Of a stretch of 64,000 nt of DNA, positions 35,867 to 45,024 are shown one piece after another. The notes beneath the pieces are model-generated. The model saw only the letters and a program-made list of their open reading frames with translations. It was not told the origin of the DNA and made no database searches. Both the position numbers and the translations under genes were made by a program. The stretch lies in the NCBI GenBank assembly GCA_003235715.1, contig QJVM01000155.1, positions 4,577-68,576 of the forward strand, written 5' to 3'. How positions within the stretch are numbered: the stretch's first letter is position 1; the number at the start of each line of letters is the position of its first letter. The DNA is from Nitrospirota bacterium (lineage in GTDB: Bacteria; Nitrospirota; Thermodesulfovibrionia; SZUA-242).

Positions 35867-37318
35867 CTAGTCGCCTGTCTTCAACCCTTCCGTGATCCGG
35901 GTGACCACTCCCGTGGTACTTCGGCCCTCGGTCAGCGGGATGAGAGCCACCCGACCTCCCCAGCTTTCCACCAGTTCATGGCCCACAACGCGTTCACGCG
36001 TATAGTCCGCCCCTTTGGCCAGCACGTCCGGCTTGAGCTGCCGGATCAGCTCAAGAGGAGTATCCTGGTCAAAAAGGACCACCAGGTCCACACATTCCAG
36101 GGCTGCAACGATGCTGGCCCGGTCATTCTGGTCCAGAATGGGACGCGTGGGGCCCTTCAGGCGTCGGACGGAGCTGTCCGAGTTCAAGGCCACCACGAGC
36201 CGATTGCCCTCCCGGGCCGCCGCATGCAGAAGGTTCACGTGCCCGGCGTGGAGAAGGTCGAAACATCCGTTGGCAAAGACGACCTTCTGGCCCATATCAT
36301 GCCATTGCGCAAGGCGTCGGGCCGCCTCCTCCCACGAACAGATCTTGGGATTGTGTCCGTCTCTTCTCCCTACGGCCCGGTCCAACTCCTCCAGAAAGAC
36401 CGGCTGCGTGCCCACTTTGCCCACCACAATACCGGCGGCCGTATTGGCCAGTTCGGCCGCCTCGCGCCAGGATTTTCCTGACGTCAGGGATGCGGCAAGG
36501 GTCGCGATTACCGTATCGCCCGCGCCGGACACATCATAGACCTCTCGGGCAATAGCGGGAATGAACGCAGGCTCTTCGCCCCGCCCCGCGAGCAGCATCC
36601 CGTCAGCCCCCAGGGTTACGAGCAGATGATCAAGCTGGAGATCTTCAAGAACCTTCCGGGCCATGGACAGCAGCGAATCCCGGTCTGCGGCTCCGGAGGT
36701 TCCGGTAAAAGCGGCGAATTCTTTGGCGTTGGGCGTGATGCAGCTTGACCCAAGATACCGCTGCCAGTCGGTTCCCTTGGGGTCCACGAGGACGGGAATG
36801 CCCTGCTTGCGGGCCCCCTCGACCACCTTCCGGCATATTGATTCTGTCAGGAGTCCCTTTCCGTAGTCCGAGAGAATCACGCCGTCCGCCGCCTCCATCC
36901 GGGTCATCACCCCCGACATGAACTCGTCCTCGTCGTTCCTTGCCATAGGGATGACGGTCTCCTCGTCCAGACGCATCAGTTGCTGGTTGTGGGCCATGAT
37001 TCTCTGCTTGGTGATGGTCGGACGGTCCGCCACCACGAAGAGATGGTCCCCGATCCCATGGGTGTCCAGGAGTTTGGCCAACTGCTCGCCCTCTGAATCG
37101 TCGCTGCGAACGCCGAAGAGGTCTACCCGGGCCCCCAATCCCACCAGGTTATTGGCCACGTTGCCAGCGCCCCCAAGGACATGGGTCTTTCTGCGGACGT
37201 GCAGGACAGGAACAGGGGCCTCGGGAGAGATGCGCCTCACGTCGCCCCAGACATAACGGTCCAGCATGACGTCGCCGATGACGAGGATCCGTACATCACG
37301 AAAGTTCAGCAACATCAC
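35867..37318 (-). CDS. hldE: bifunctional D-glycero-beta-D-manno-heptose-7-phosphate kinase / heptose-1-phosphate adenylyltransferase
   Basis: 483 aa. The N-terminal is a ribokinase-like kinase (ILVIGDVMLDRY...GGAGNVANNL) and the C-terminal a cytidylyltransferase (VVFANGCFDLLHAGHV). Confidence 0.9.
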   Translation of the reverse strand: MMLLNFRDVRILVIGDVMLDRYVWGDVRRISPEAPVPVLHVRRKTHVLGGAGNVANNLVGLGARVDLFGVRSDDSEGEQLAKLLDTHGIGDHLFVVADRPTITKQRIMAHNQQLMRLDEETVIPMARNDEDEFMSGVMTRMEAADGVILSDYGKGLLTESICRKVVEGARKQGIPVLVDPKGTDWQRYLGSSCITPNAKEFAAFTGTSGAADRDSLLSMARKVLEDLQLDHLLVTLGADGMLLAGRGEEPAFIPAIAREVYDVSGAGDTVIATLAASLTSGKSWREAAELANTAAGIVVGKVGTQPVFLEELDRAVGRRDGHNPKICSWEEAARRLAQWHDMGQKVVFANGCFDLLHAGHVNLLHAAAREGNRLVVALNSDSSVRRLKGPTRPILDQNDRASIVAALECVDLVVLFDQDTPLELIRQLKPDVLAKGADYTRERVVGHELVESWGGRVALIPLTEGRSTTGVVTRITEGLKTGD

Positions 37319-37887
37319 GTCGCCCCCATTCGGGTTTCAATGTGTTCCGCCAGGTAGTGAATCAGGAAGAGGTGACCTTCCTGCACCCGCGCCGTCACGG
37401 GTTCGGGAATGAGGAGGGCATGATCCACGGCATCCTTCAACCGGCCGCCACTTCCTCCAAGGATTCCGAAGGTGGTCATCCCTTTGCCCTTGGCCGCTCG
37501 GACCGCCTCCATAACGTTTGTGGAATTGCCGGAGGTCGAGAGGCCGACCAGGACGTCTCGCTCCTCCCCCAAAGCCTCCACCTGTCTTGCAAAGACCCGG
37601 TCAAAACCATAATCGTTTCCAACGGCTGTAAGGACCGAGGTGTCTGTCGTCAGGGCGATGGCCGGCCATGCTCGTCGTTCTTCCTGAAAACGACCGACGA
37701 CCTCAGCGGCAAAATGCTGGGCGTCCGCCGCGGAGCCTCCATTGCCACAGGCCAGTATCTTCCTCCCCTCCTGAAGCCTCTTCACAAGTAATTCACCCAT
37801 CTCGTAAGCCTTGTTTTCCAACTCGGCAACCATCCTCAGCATCTCTTTATGCGCGCGTAGTCTTTCCTGGTACATGGGGCTCTCCAT
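37315..37887 (-). CDS. gmhA: phosphoheptose (sedoheptulose-7-P) isomerase
   Basis: 190 aa with an SIS domain (ILACGNGGSAADAQHFAAE...LVGLSTSGNS). It shows the classical 4-nt overlap with hldE. Confidence 0.9.
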   Translation of the reverse strand: MESPMYQERLRAHKEMLRMVAELENKAYEMGELLVKRLQEGRKILACGNGGSAADAQHFAAEVVGRFQEERRAWPAIALTTDTSVLTAVGNDYGFDRVFARQVEALGEERDVLVGLSTSGNSTNVMEAVRAAKGKGMTTFGILGGSGGRLKDAVDHALLIPEPVTARVQEGHLFLIHYLAEHIETRMGAT

Positions 37888-38000
37888 TCGTGTTGTCCCG
37901 AAAACTCAAACGAATCTATAGGAAACCGGCGCTCCGATTCAGGCCCAAGCGATCGACCGGGTTTCCGGCCGGTCCTGAGGCCACGTCCCTGGTGCGCTTC

Positions 38001-38708
38001 TCAGGGAAATATCTTATATCGCAGAATACAATAAAGTGCTTGTAACCCGTCCCGCCAGCCGATCTTCTTGCCTTGCGCGTACGTCCGGCCATGATAGGAG
38101 ATCCCCATCTCGTAGACCCGTGCACCGGACCGGGCAATCTTGGCCACAATTTCAGGTTCAAAACCGAACCGGTCTTCGCGGAGTCGAAGGCCTTTGATCA
38201 GACCGGCCTTAAAAACCTTGTAGCAGCATTCCATATCGGTCAGGTTGAGATCGGTCATCATGTTGGAGCACAGAGTCAGGAACTTGTTGCCCACGTAATG
38301 CCAGAAATAGAGGACTCGGTGTTCCTCGCTCGTCAGGAATCGGGACCCGATCACCACATCCGCCACATCGCGCCGGAGGGGTCCAAGAAGTCTTTTAAGG
38401 TCCTGCGGATCATATTCCAGGTCGGCATCCTGAACAGCAATATAATCCCCGGTCGCACAGGCCAGGCCCGTCCGGATGGCCGCTCCCTTCCCTCGGTTTC
38501 TCTCGTGCGTCAGCACCCGTATTTCCTTATGTCGGTCCATCAGGGAACGGGCTATTTCCGGACTCCGGTCTCGTGAGGCATCGTCCACCAGGATCAATTC
38601 GAGGTCCAGTTCCCGATCCCGCAGGGCAAGCACACGTTCAACGAGGGTTTCCAGGGTTGACTCCTCGTTGAAGCAGGGCACAATGACGCTTACCAGGCAG
38701 GCGCTCAT
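38001..38708 (-). CDS. glycosyltransferase family 2 (polyprenyl-phosphate sugar transferase-like, soluble domain only)
   Basis: 235 aa with a GT-A fold (VSVIVPCFNEE...LVDDASRD...VQDADLEYDP). Confidence 0.8.
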   Translation of the reverse strand: MSACLVSVIVPCFNEESTLETLVERVLALRDRELDLELILVDDASRDRSPEIARSLMDRHKEIRVLTHERNRGKGAAIRTGLACATGDYIAVQDADLEYDPQDLKRLLGPLRRDVADVVIGSRFLTSEEHRVLYFWHYVGNKFLTLCSNMMTDLNLTDMECCYKVFKAGLIKGLRLREDRFGFEPEIVAKIARSGARVYEMGISYHGRTYAQGKKIGWRDGLQALYCILRYKIFP

Positions 38709-39277
38709 CGGTGTACGCTCCTTCCGGTCATTCCGTCACTTCTCGTCATACAGGCGTCTCCGGACCACGGAAGAATTGTCGCAGGACTGGACAAGAATCC
38801 CTATTCAGCTGAAACACGAGCCCGCCCCGGCTTCGGCTCAGTGCGGGCGCCCTTGATGACAGATAGAACGACGTCCCGTGTGGCCCCGTCCGGAGCATCA
38901 GGTCAATTTTCGCAGGAATACCTGGAGGCACGGCCCACGGGGGCTTGCCTGGTGGACATAGATGGGCGCCAACGAACAGGGCCAAGGCTTCAAGCCGGAG
39001 AAGACCGATATCGCGTACCGGGACTCGGCTCACACCTGGGGAGTCCCCACTTCCGGATAACCTTAACCGTCACGCTGCCACCCCACAGCCTCGCCGGAAG
39101 CTCGGGGCAGAGGTGCGTCAAGTGGTTTCTCCGTGCCCCCCCAATGACGGGCTTAGGGCGTCCCTCCCACAAGGACGAATAATTTTAACACAGCGAGTTC
39201 TAGGACGAGCGCTGAGGCGAGGGGTTCGCGGGCTCTGCAGCGCAGCCCCTTTGGAGAGAGCATGGAGCGGACCATCC

Positions 39278-40057
39278 CTACTTGAGGAGAAGCCCGAGGG
39301 CGGTCATCAGCACGGCTGCCGTGACCACCTTCTTGATCCAGTCATGCCCCTTCCGGAGCGCCCTCGTGCTAGCAATCTGGGCGCCAATCACATTCCCCAC
39401 ACCAAGGACGAGACCGGCCCATAAAACCATCTTTCCCGCAGAGACAAAGATCGCACAGGCTGGGAGGGTGAGGATAAAGATCACGATCAGCTTGAGAGCG
39501 CTGACCCGGACGAGGTCCAGACCCACAAAGACCAGCGAGGCGATAATCAGAAAGCCGATGCCGGCCTGGACAAACCCTCCGTAGATCCCGATGATGAAGA
39601 ACACAGGAAACAGCCCTGCCCGTTGCCACCCCGAAAGGCCGCTTTCTTCCCGCGGCGGGGCGTTCGGCAACGGTCCTGCCTTTGGATTCCATAACGCAAG
39701 AAGCGTCATCACCAGCATGATCACGGCGAGGGCTTTCTGAAAGGCCTCGTCACCGATAGTCACGGCCCATCGGGCCCCGAGAAGGGAGCCGGCAACAGCC
39801 GGAATCGAGAGGAGGAGCGACAGTCTGAGGGGGAAATGCCCGGCACGGCGAAAGGTTCGGATAGCCGCGATATTCTGCATCAGAATACCTATGCGGTTGG
39901 TGCCGTTGGCCACGGTGGCCGGAAGCCCTAGAAACATGAGAGCCGGCAGGGTCAGAAAGCTCCCCCCGCCGGCCAGCACATTGATGAATCCTGAAAAGAT
40001 GCCCACCGCGACCAGGAGCACAAGTTTCAGAATCGAGACCTCCTCCATTGAGGCCAC
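39278..40057 (-). CDS. TauE/SafE (DUF81) family anion/sulfite exporter-like membrane protein
   Basis: 259 aa with 7-8 TM helices and an internal duplication carrying the G(S/T)GGG-type motif (LAGGGSFLTLPALMFLG). Confidence 0.8.
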   Translation of the reverse strand: MASMEEVSILKLVLLVAVGIFSGFINVLAGGGSFLTLPALMFLGLPATVANGTNRIGILMQNIAAIRTFRRAGHFPLRLSLLLSIPAVAGSLLGARWAVTIGDEAFQKALAVIMLVMTLLALWNPKAGPLPNAPPREESGLSGWQRAGLFPVFFIIGIYGGFVQAGIGFLIIASLVFVGLDLVRVSALKLIVIFILTLPACAIFVSAGKMVLWAGLVLGVGNVIGAQIASTRALRKGHDWIKKVVTAAVLMTALGLLLK

Positions 40058-40070
40058 GAAGGTCTTCAGC

Positions 40071-40439
40071 TCAGAACGTCAGGTTCTGCCGGCTCATCAG
40101 CAGCTCCCCGAGGAACGAACCCGGCTTGACCTCGGCCCCGTCAATCAGTTCCTTGCCCGCCAGTCCCTCCGGTTCCACGCACGAAGCACAGACATAGAAC
40201 TTGCAGCCAAAGTCCTCGGTCACTGTCTTGATCAGTTCCTTCAGAGGCGAGAAGGCGTGCTGCCAGGTAATCTGTTGAGCAAAATCCTTTCGCGCCAGGT
40301 GTACCCCCCGGAGCATCAGGAAAAAATCGATACTGGCATCAAAAGCAAGCATGTTGGAGGCCAGTTGCAGGGCGCCCGCAGCCCGCTCCGGGTCGTCGAC
40401 CGAGTGCGTGATGACAAACACGAATTCCTTGTTCTGCAT
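40071..40439 (-). CDS. DsrE/DsrF/TusD-like sulfur-relay family protein
   Basis: 122 aa with a DsrE-like fold pattern (FVFVITHSVDDPERAAGALQLASNMLA...YVCASC). A conserved Cys sits near the C-terminal part. Confidence 0.6.
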   Translation of the reverse strand: MQNKEFVFVITHSVDDPERAAGALQLASNMLAFDASIDFFLMLRGVHLARKDFAQQITWQHAFSPLKELIKTVTEDFGCKFYVCASCVEPEGLAGKELIDGAEVKPGSFLGELLMSRQNLTF

Positions 40440-40536
40440 GGATAACCTCCCGAATCAAATGGTGTCCCTGATGCGAAATTAAGGGCGGGGGCGAACCCCC
40501 GCCCTGTACATCAGGACCGTGCTCAAGCCCCTGCCG

Positions 40537-41415
40537 CTAGCGGACGAGTCCGTACTTCTGCAGGACGCTCCGAAGCTTGGCCTTGTTTTCCTTGGACATC
40601 GGGCACAGGGGCAGCCGGAATTCTTCCTTGATCTTCCGCATCATCGCCAGGGCCGTTTTTACCGGGATAGGGTTGGACTCGATGAACATGGCCGCATTCA
40701 GTTCCTCGAGCATGAAATGAATTTTACGAGCGCCGGCAATATCGCCCTTCTTGATCAGAGCCATCATATCGGCCACGGCTCCAGGCATCACATTGGCCAC
40801 CACGGAGATTACACCTCGACCGCCCAGACAGCCCATCGTGAAGGTCGTAAAGTCATCCCCGGAAATGATGTTGAAGGCTTTTGGACACGCTCGGATCAGA
40901 TCGCTCGTCTGCCTCATGTCTCCGGTCGCCTCTTTGATCCCCACGATACTGGGAATCTTTGCAAGCCGGGCCACAGTGGCCGGCAGCATGTTGGAAGCCG
41001 TTCGGCCGGGCACGTTGTACAGGAGAAGCGGGAACCCCGGCACGGCATCCGCAATAGCCTTGTAGTGTCGGTAGATTCCTTCCTGGGTGGGCTTGTTGTA
41101 ATACGGCGAGACCAGCAAGGCTCCGTCCGCCCTGGCCTCCCTGGCCCTCCGGGTAAGCATGATGGCTTCGTCCGTGGAGTTGGCTCCCGTCCCCGCGATG
41201 ACCGGCACACGCCTCTTCACCGCCTTGACCGTAAGCTCAATCACCTTCAGATGTTCGTCGTAGTCCAGCGTGGCCGACTCGCCGGTCGTTCCGCAGGGGA
41301 CAATGGCGTTCGTTCCCTCGGCCAGGTGCCAGTCCACAAGATTGCGGAGTGCCTTGGCGTCGATCTTTCCGTTTCTGAATGGTGTGACCAGTGCAACAAT
41401 CGAACCCTCAAACAT
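40537..41415 (-). CDS. dapA: 4-hydroxy-tetrahydrodipicolinate synthase
   Basis: Motifs IVALVTPF, GTTGES, the Schiff-base Lys context (YNVPGRT) and the DapA C-terminus are present. The start is assigned to ATG 41415 (MFEG). Confidence 0.9.
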   Translation of the reverse strand: MFEGSIVALVTPFRNGKIDAKALRNLVDWHLAEGTNAIVPCGTTGESATLDYDEHLKVIELTVKAVKRRVPVIAGTGANSTDEAIMLTRRAREARADGALLVSPYYNKPTQEGIYRHYKAIADAVPGFPLLLYNVPGRTASNMLPATVARLAKIPSIVGIKEATGDMRQTSDLIRACPKAFNIISGDDFTTFTMGCLGGRGVISVVANVMPGAVADMMALIKKGDIAGARKIHFMLEELNAAMFIESNPIPVKTALAMMRKIKEEFRLPLCPMSKENKAKLRSVLQKYGLVR

Positions 41416-41461
41416 GTGACTCACCTCTTCACCGTATTTTCACCCCCCGACTACGGGTGGT

Positions 41462-42325
41462 CTAACCTAAATGATTGGGGTCGTCCAACTCAACCAGGCC
41501 TTCGAATACTTCGGCCGCAGGCCCGGTCATGAATACCGTGTCGGAGGCATCCCATTCAATGCGGAGATCCCCTCCGCGAAGGTGGACGGTGGCCGTCCGC
41601 TCATTCACGCCCCGAGCGGCCCCGGCCACGACCGTGGCACAGGCGCCCGTACCGCAGGCCAGGGTCTCGCCGGAGCCTCGCTCCCACACCCTCATTCGGA
41701 CTTCACGGTTTGAAAGAATCTGGACAAATTCCACATTGATCCGGTTGGGGAAGAGAGGAAGAACTTCAATTTTAGGCCCAATCTCGTTAACAGGGAAACG
41801 GTCCACGTCGTCCACGTAGATCACGGCATGCGGATTCCCCATGGACACGCAGGTGATCCGGTAACTCTTCCCATCCAGTTCAATCGGATGGTTGACCACG
41901 CGTCCGTCCAGAGCCACCGGGATCTTTCGAGCGTCCAGTTCCGGAGGGCCCATGTCCACCCGGACCAGATCCCCCACCCTTTCCGGACGGATGGTGCCGG
42001 CCAAGGTTTCAATATCCAGAACCTTTTTCTCCGACAGCCCCCGGTCCCAGACATACTTGGCAAAACACCGGATGCCGTTTCCACACATCTCGACCTGGCT
42101 CCCGTCGGCATTAAAAATGTCCATACGGAAATCGGCCTTCAGGGAATTCCGGAGGACCAGTACCTGGTCCGCTCCGATACCGAAGCGCCGGTCGCAAAAC
42201 CGGGCCGCAAAACTTCGGCACTGGTCCGGCGTCGCCAGGACCGCCGCCGCATCCGCACGGCTGTAGGTATCCACGACGATGAAGTCGTTGCCGGTGCCAT
42301 GCATCTTGATGAAAGGAATCTTCAT
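41462..42325 (-). CDS. dapF: diaminopimelate epimerase
   Basis: 287 aa with both catalytic Cys motifs (MCGNGIRC and ACGTGACA) and the N-terminus HGTGNDFIVVD. Confidence 0.9.
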   Translation of the reverse strand: MKIPFIKMHGTGNDFIVVDTYSRADAAAVLATPDQCRSFAARFCDRRFGIGADQVLVLRNSLKADFRMDIFNADGSQVEMCGNGIRCFAKYVWDRGLSEKKVLDIETLAGTIRPERVGDLVRVDMGPPELDARKIPVALDGRVVNHPIELDGKSYRITCVSMGNPHAVIYVDDVDRFPVNEIGPKIEVLPLFPNRINVEFVQILSNREVRMRVWERGSGETLACGTGACATVVAGAARGVNERTATVHLRGGDLRIEWDASDTVFMTGPAAEVFEGLVELDDPNHLG

Positions 42326-42378
42326 AAGAACCTCAATCCGTGACGTGCCGGGGCCCCAAGGGCTGCTCCCGGTCGGTT

Positions 42379-43662
42379 CTATTTCGCAGCGCGTTTCCGT
42401 GACGGTTTCAGGAAGGACGGGACCTGCTCTTTGGCCATCAAATCGGAATAGGTCTCTCGGCGGCGAACCACGTGGAATCGATCGCCCCGGACCAGCACCT
42501 CAGCCACTCGTGGCCGGGAGTTGTAGTTGGACGCCATGGTAAAGCCGTAGGCCCCGGCTGACCGCACCCCGAGGAGGTCTCCTCGCCGGACCTCCGGAAG
42601 GTCACGGTCGTGCGCGAAGAAATCTCCCGATTCACAGATGGGGCCCACTATGTCGGCCCTGATGATCGCCCTCTTCTTGCGCACCAGGGGTTCGATGCGG
42701 TGATAGGCGTTATACAGGCTCGGTCTTATGAGATCGTTCATACCGGCATCCACGATAATAAAGTTTTTGAGGTCGTTCCGCTTCCGGTAAAGAACACGGG
42801 TGACGAGCATGCCGGCATTCCCGACAATGGAACGCCCCGGCTCAATGACCAGCGTGCAGCCTGTAGACCGGACCACCGGAATCAGGTTTCGAAGCCACTC
42901 CGAGGGTTCCGGCGGCGTCTCCGTATCATAACGGATGCCCAATCCCCCCCCCATGTCGAGATAACGGATGTCCATTCCTTCGGCCCGGATACGCCCTACA
43001 AAATTCACCAACCGTTCCGCGGATTCAAGGAAGGGTTTCATTTCCGTGAGCTGGGAACCAATATGCTTGTGGACGCCCACAACATCCACATTCCGCAGCC
43101 TTCGGGCCAGCCGGTATCCCTCGAGGGCTTCTTCCACCGGCATCCCGAATTTGTATTTCTTCATCCCGGTCGTGATATACGGGTGTGTCCCGGCATCAAT
43201 ATCGGGGTTCACGCGCAAGGCTATCGGTGCGCGCCTGGCCATCAACCCGGCCACCCGGTCAATCTCCCGGAGTTCCTCCGTACTCTCGACGTTGAACATG
43301 AGAATGCGGGCGCGGAGCGCATCACGTATCTCCGATTCGGTCTTTCCCACCCCCGCATAGACGATCTTCTGTCCCGGGATTCCGGCTTTCCGCGCCCGGA
43401 ACAGCTCGCCGCCCGACACGATGTCGGCCCCCATTCCGGCCTGGGCCAGAAGTCGCAGAACGGCCCCGTTTGAATTGGCCTTCAGGGCATAACACACCAC
43501 GTGAGGGTACCCGTTGAAAGCAGACTCCATCGCCTGGATGTGTCGCGCAAGCGTGGCATGGCTGTACACGTAGAAGGGGGTGCCCACTTTCGCGGCCACA
43601 TCGGACAGGTTCACGTCCTCGGCATAAAGTCTTCCTCGTTTGAAATGAAAATGGTCCAAAAC
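42379..43662 (-). CDS. lysA: diaminopimelate decarboxylase
   Basis: It has a fold-III PLP decarboxylase core (YALKANSNGAVL with the PLP-Lys, a GGG loop, and EPGRSIV...CESGD). The canonical N-terminus DHFHFKRGRLYAEDV begins at TTG 43662. The ORF-track N-terminal extension (to 43833) is a low-complexity S/R-rich stretch and probably not coding. Confidence 0.85.
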   Translation of the reverse strand, partial: VLDHFHFKRGRLYAEDVNLSDVAAKVGTPFYVYSHATLARHIQAMESAFNGYPHVVCYALKANSNGAVLRLLAQAGMGADIVSGGELFRARKAGIPGQKIVYAGVGKTESEIRDALRARILMFNVESTEELREIDRVAGLMARRAPIALRVNPDIDAGTHPYITTGMKKYKFGMPVEEALEGYRLARRLRNVDVVGVHKHIGSQLTEMKPFLESAERLVNFVGRIRAEGMDIRYLDMGGGLGIRYDTETPPEPSEWLRNLIPVVRSTGCTLVIEPGRSIVGNAGMLVTRVLYRKRNDLKNFIIVDAGMNDLIRPSLYNAYHRIEPLVRKKRAIIRADIVGPICESGDFFAHDRDLPEVRRGDLLGVRSAGAYGFTMASNYNSRPRVAEVLVRGDRFHVVRRRETYSDLMAKEQVPSFLKPSRKRAAK

Positions 43663-43844
43663 CTGATGTCCTGTTTCCGGAAACGCTCGATTTCCTGTTC
43701 TTTGGAGAGAGAAGTTTCGCACACGAAAACCGATGTTGTAAAGAACAGGAGAGGCCTGGCAATCCAGTGCAAGCCCCCGAGATCTTGAACTTTTTCGAGA
43801 CCCCCGGCTTGACTCGCCGGATTCAAAGGGCAAAGAATAGCCCC

Positions 43845-44111
43845 ATGAAGTTTGAGGAAGCGTTGAAGAAGCTCGAGGAGACCGTGGCCCGCATGGAACG
43901 GGGTGACCTCTCCCTGGACGCGTCCCTCAAGGCCTTCGAAGACGGAATACGCCTCTCGCGGTTCCTCAACGCCAAGCTCGAGGAAGCCGAAGGCAAAGTG
44001 GAAATCCTGCTCAAAGACTCCAAGGGCAACATCGTAACCGCCCCTTTTGAGGAAGAACCCGGCCCCGATGGAACTGAAGAGTTACCTGAAGACGCAGAAG
44101 ACGAACATTGA
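43845..44111 (+). CDS. xseB: exodeoxyribonuclease VII small subunit
   Basis: Start at ATG 43845. MKFEEALKKLEETVARMERGDLSLDASLKAFEDGIRL is the XseB signature, and the xseB-ispA-dxs synteny is conserved. Confidence 0.8.
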   Translation: MKFEEALKKLEETVARMERGDLSLDASLKAFEDGIRLSRFLNAKLEEAEGKVEILLKDSKGNIVTAPFEEEPGPDGTEELPEDAEDEH

Positions 44112-44952
44112 CGGGTTCCTCAGAGATTACCTGTCCCCCCTCGACATCCCCCCCCGGCTCAAGGAGGCCATGCAGTATTCCCTTGGGGCGGGAGGGAAGC
44201 GACTTCGACCGGTTCTGGTGCTGGCTGCGCATGATGCGGTAGGCGGAAAGAGCCGCGCGGCGGTGGCCGTGGGGGCGGCCATTGAAATGATCCACACCTA
44301 CTCACTCATCCATGACGACCTGCCGGCCATGGACAACGACGATTTCCGCCGGGGCAAGCCGACCTGCCACCGGGTCTTTGGCGAAGCCATGGCCATTCTG
44401 GCCGGCGATGGTCTGCTGACTCAGGCCTTTGAAATACTTTCCGACCCGTCGCATATGGAAGAGGTTCCCGCCGAGGTCTGCGTCCGGGTCGTGGGGGAGG
44501 TCGCCCGCGGAGCCGGGTCCACGGGGATGGTGGGGGGCCAGGTTCTGGATATGATTTCGGAAGGGTCCGATATCGATGCGGCCGCGCTTCAGAACATGCA
44601 CCTCAGAAAAACGGGAGCCCTTATACGGGCCTCCGTGGCGGCGGGGGCTCTTCTCGGAGGAGCGGACGACGAGGGCCTTGAGGCCCTTCGCGGTTACGGC
44701 ACGAAAATAGGCCTGGCCTTTCAGGTGGCCGACGACATCCTGGACGTCACCCGAACAGAGGAGGAACTGGGCAAATCCACCTCCGACGTGGCCCGGGGGA
44801 AACGCACGTACCCCTCTCTGTATGGACTCGAGGGCGCGCGCGCCATGGCCGAGACCCTGGTGACCGAGGCCCTGAAATCTCTGAAAGGCTTTGATGGCGG
44901 CGCGACTCCCCTACGAGAGATCGCCCGATATATCATCACGAGGGCCCACTGA
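44068..44952 (+). CDS. ispA: (2E,6E)-farnesyl/geranyl diphosphate synthase
   Basis: It has FARM (LIHDDLPAMDNDDFRRGKPT) and SARM (FQVADDILD) motifs. The start at ATG 44068 overlaps the xseB 3' end by 44 nt. Confidence 0.85.
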   Translation: MELKSYLKTQKTNIDGFLRDYLSPLDIPPRLKEAMQYSLGAGGKRLRPVLVLAAHDAVGGKSRAAVAVGAAIEMIHTYSLIHDDLPAMDNDDFRRGKPTCHRVFGEAMAILAGDGLLTQAFEILSDPSHMEEVPAEVCVRVVGEVARGAGSTGMVGGQVLDMISEGSDIDAAALQNMHLRKTGALIRASVAAGALLGGADDEGLEALRGYGTKIGLAFQVADDILDVTRTEEELGKSTSDVARGKRTYPSLYGLEGARAMAETLVTEALKSLKGFDGGATPLREIARYIITRAH

Positions 44953-45024
44953 CCATGGCGGATGCCATGGCCTCAGGGGTCCGGCCGTGCGAAAAGCACG
45001 CAGGAAGGAGACGGAAGATTCATC

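Noticed and set aside
38709-39277. Possible RNase P, tmRNA or SRP RNA gene in the long intergenic region
   Set aside because: None of the conserved blocks are present on either strand (AGGAAAGUCCGGGCUCC / ACAGAACCCGGCUUA for RNase P; tmRNA 5'-GGGG...3'-CCA acceptor and tag-reading frame; SRP GGAAGGAAGCAGC). Only vague GC-rich similarity was seen. It is kept as an unexplained region rather than an RNA call.
42379-43833. 56-residue N-terminal extension on LysA from the ORF-track ATG at 43833
   Set aside because: The extension is S/R-rich low complexity (ESSRGSRKSSRSRG) with no counterpart in DAP decarboxylases. The conserved N-terminus (DHFHFKRGRLYAEDV) starts at an in-frame TTG with an upstream AGGA. 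The shorter gene is preferred.
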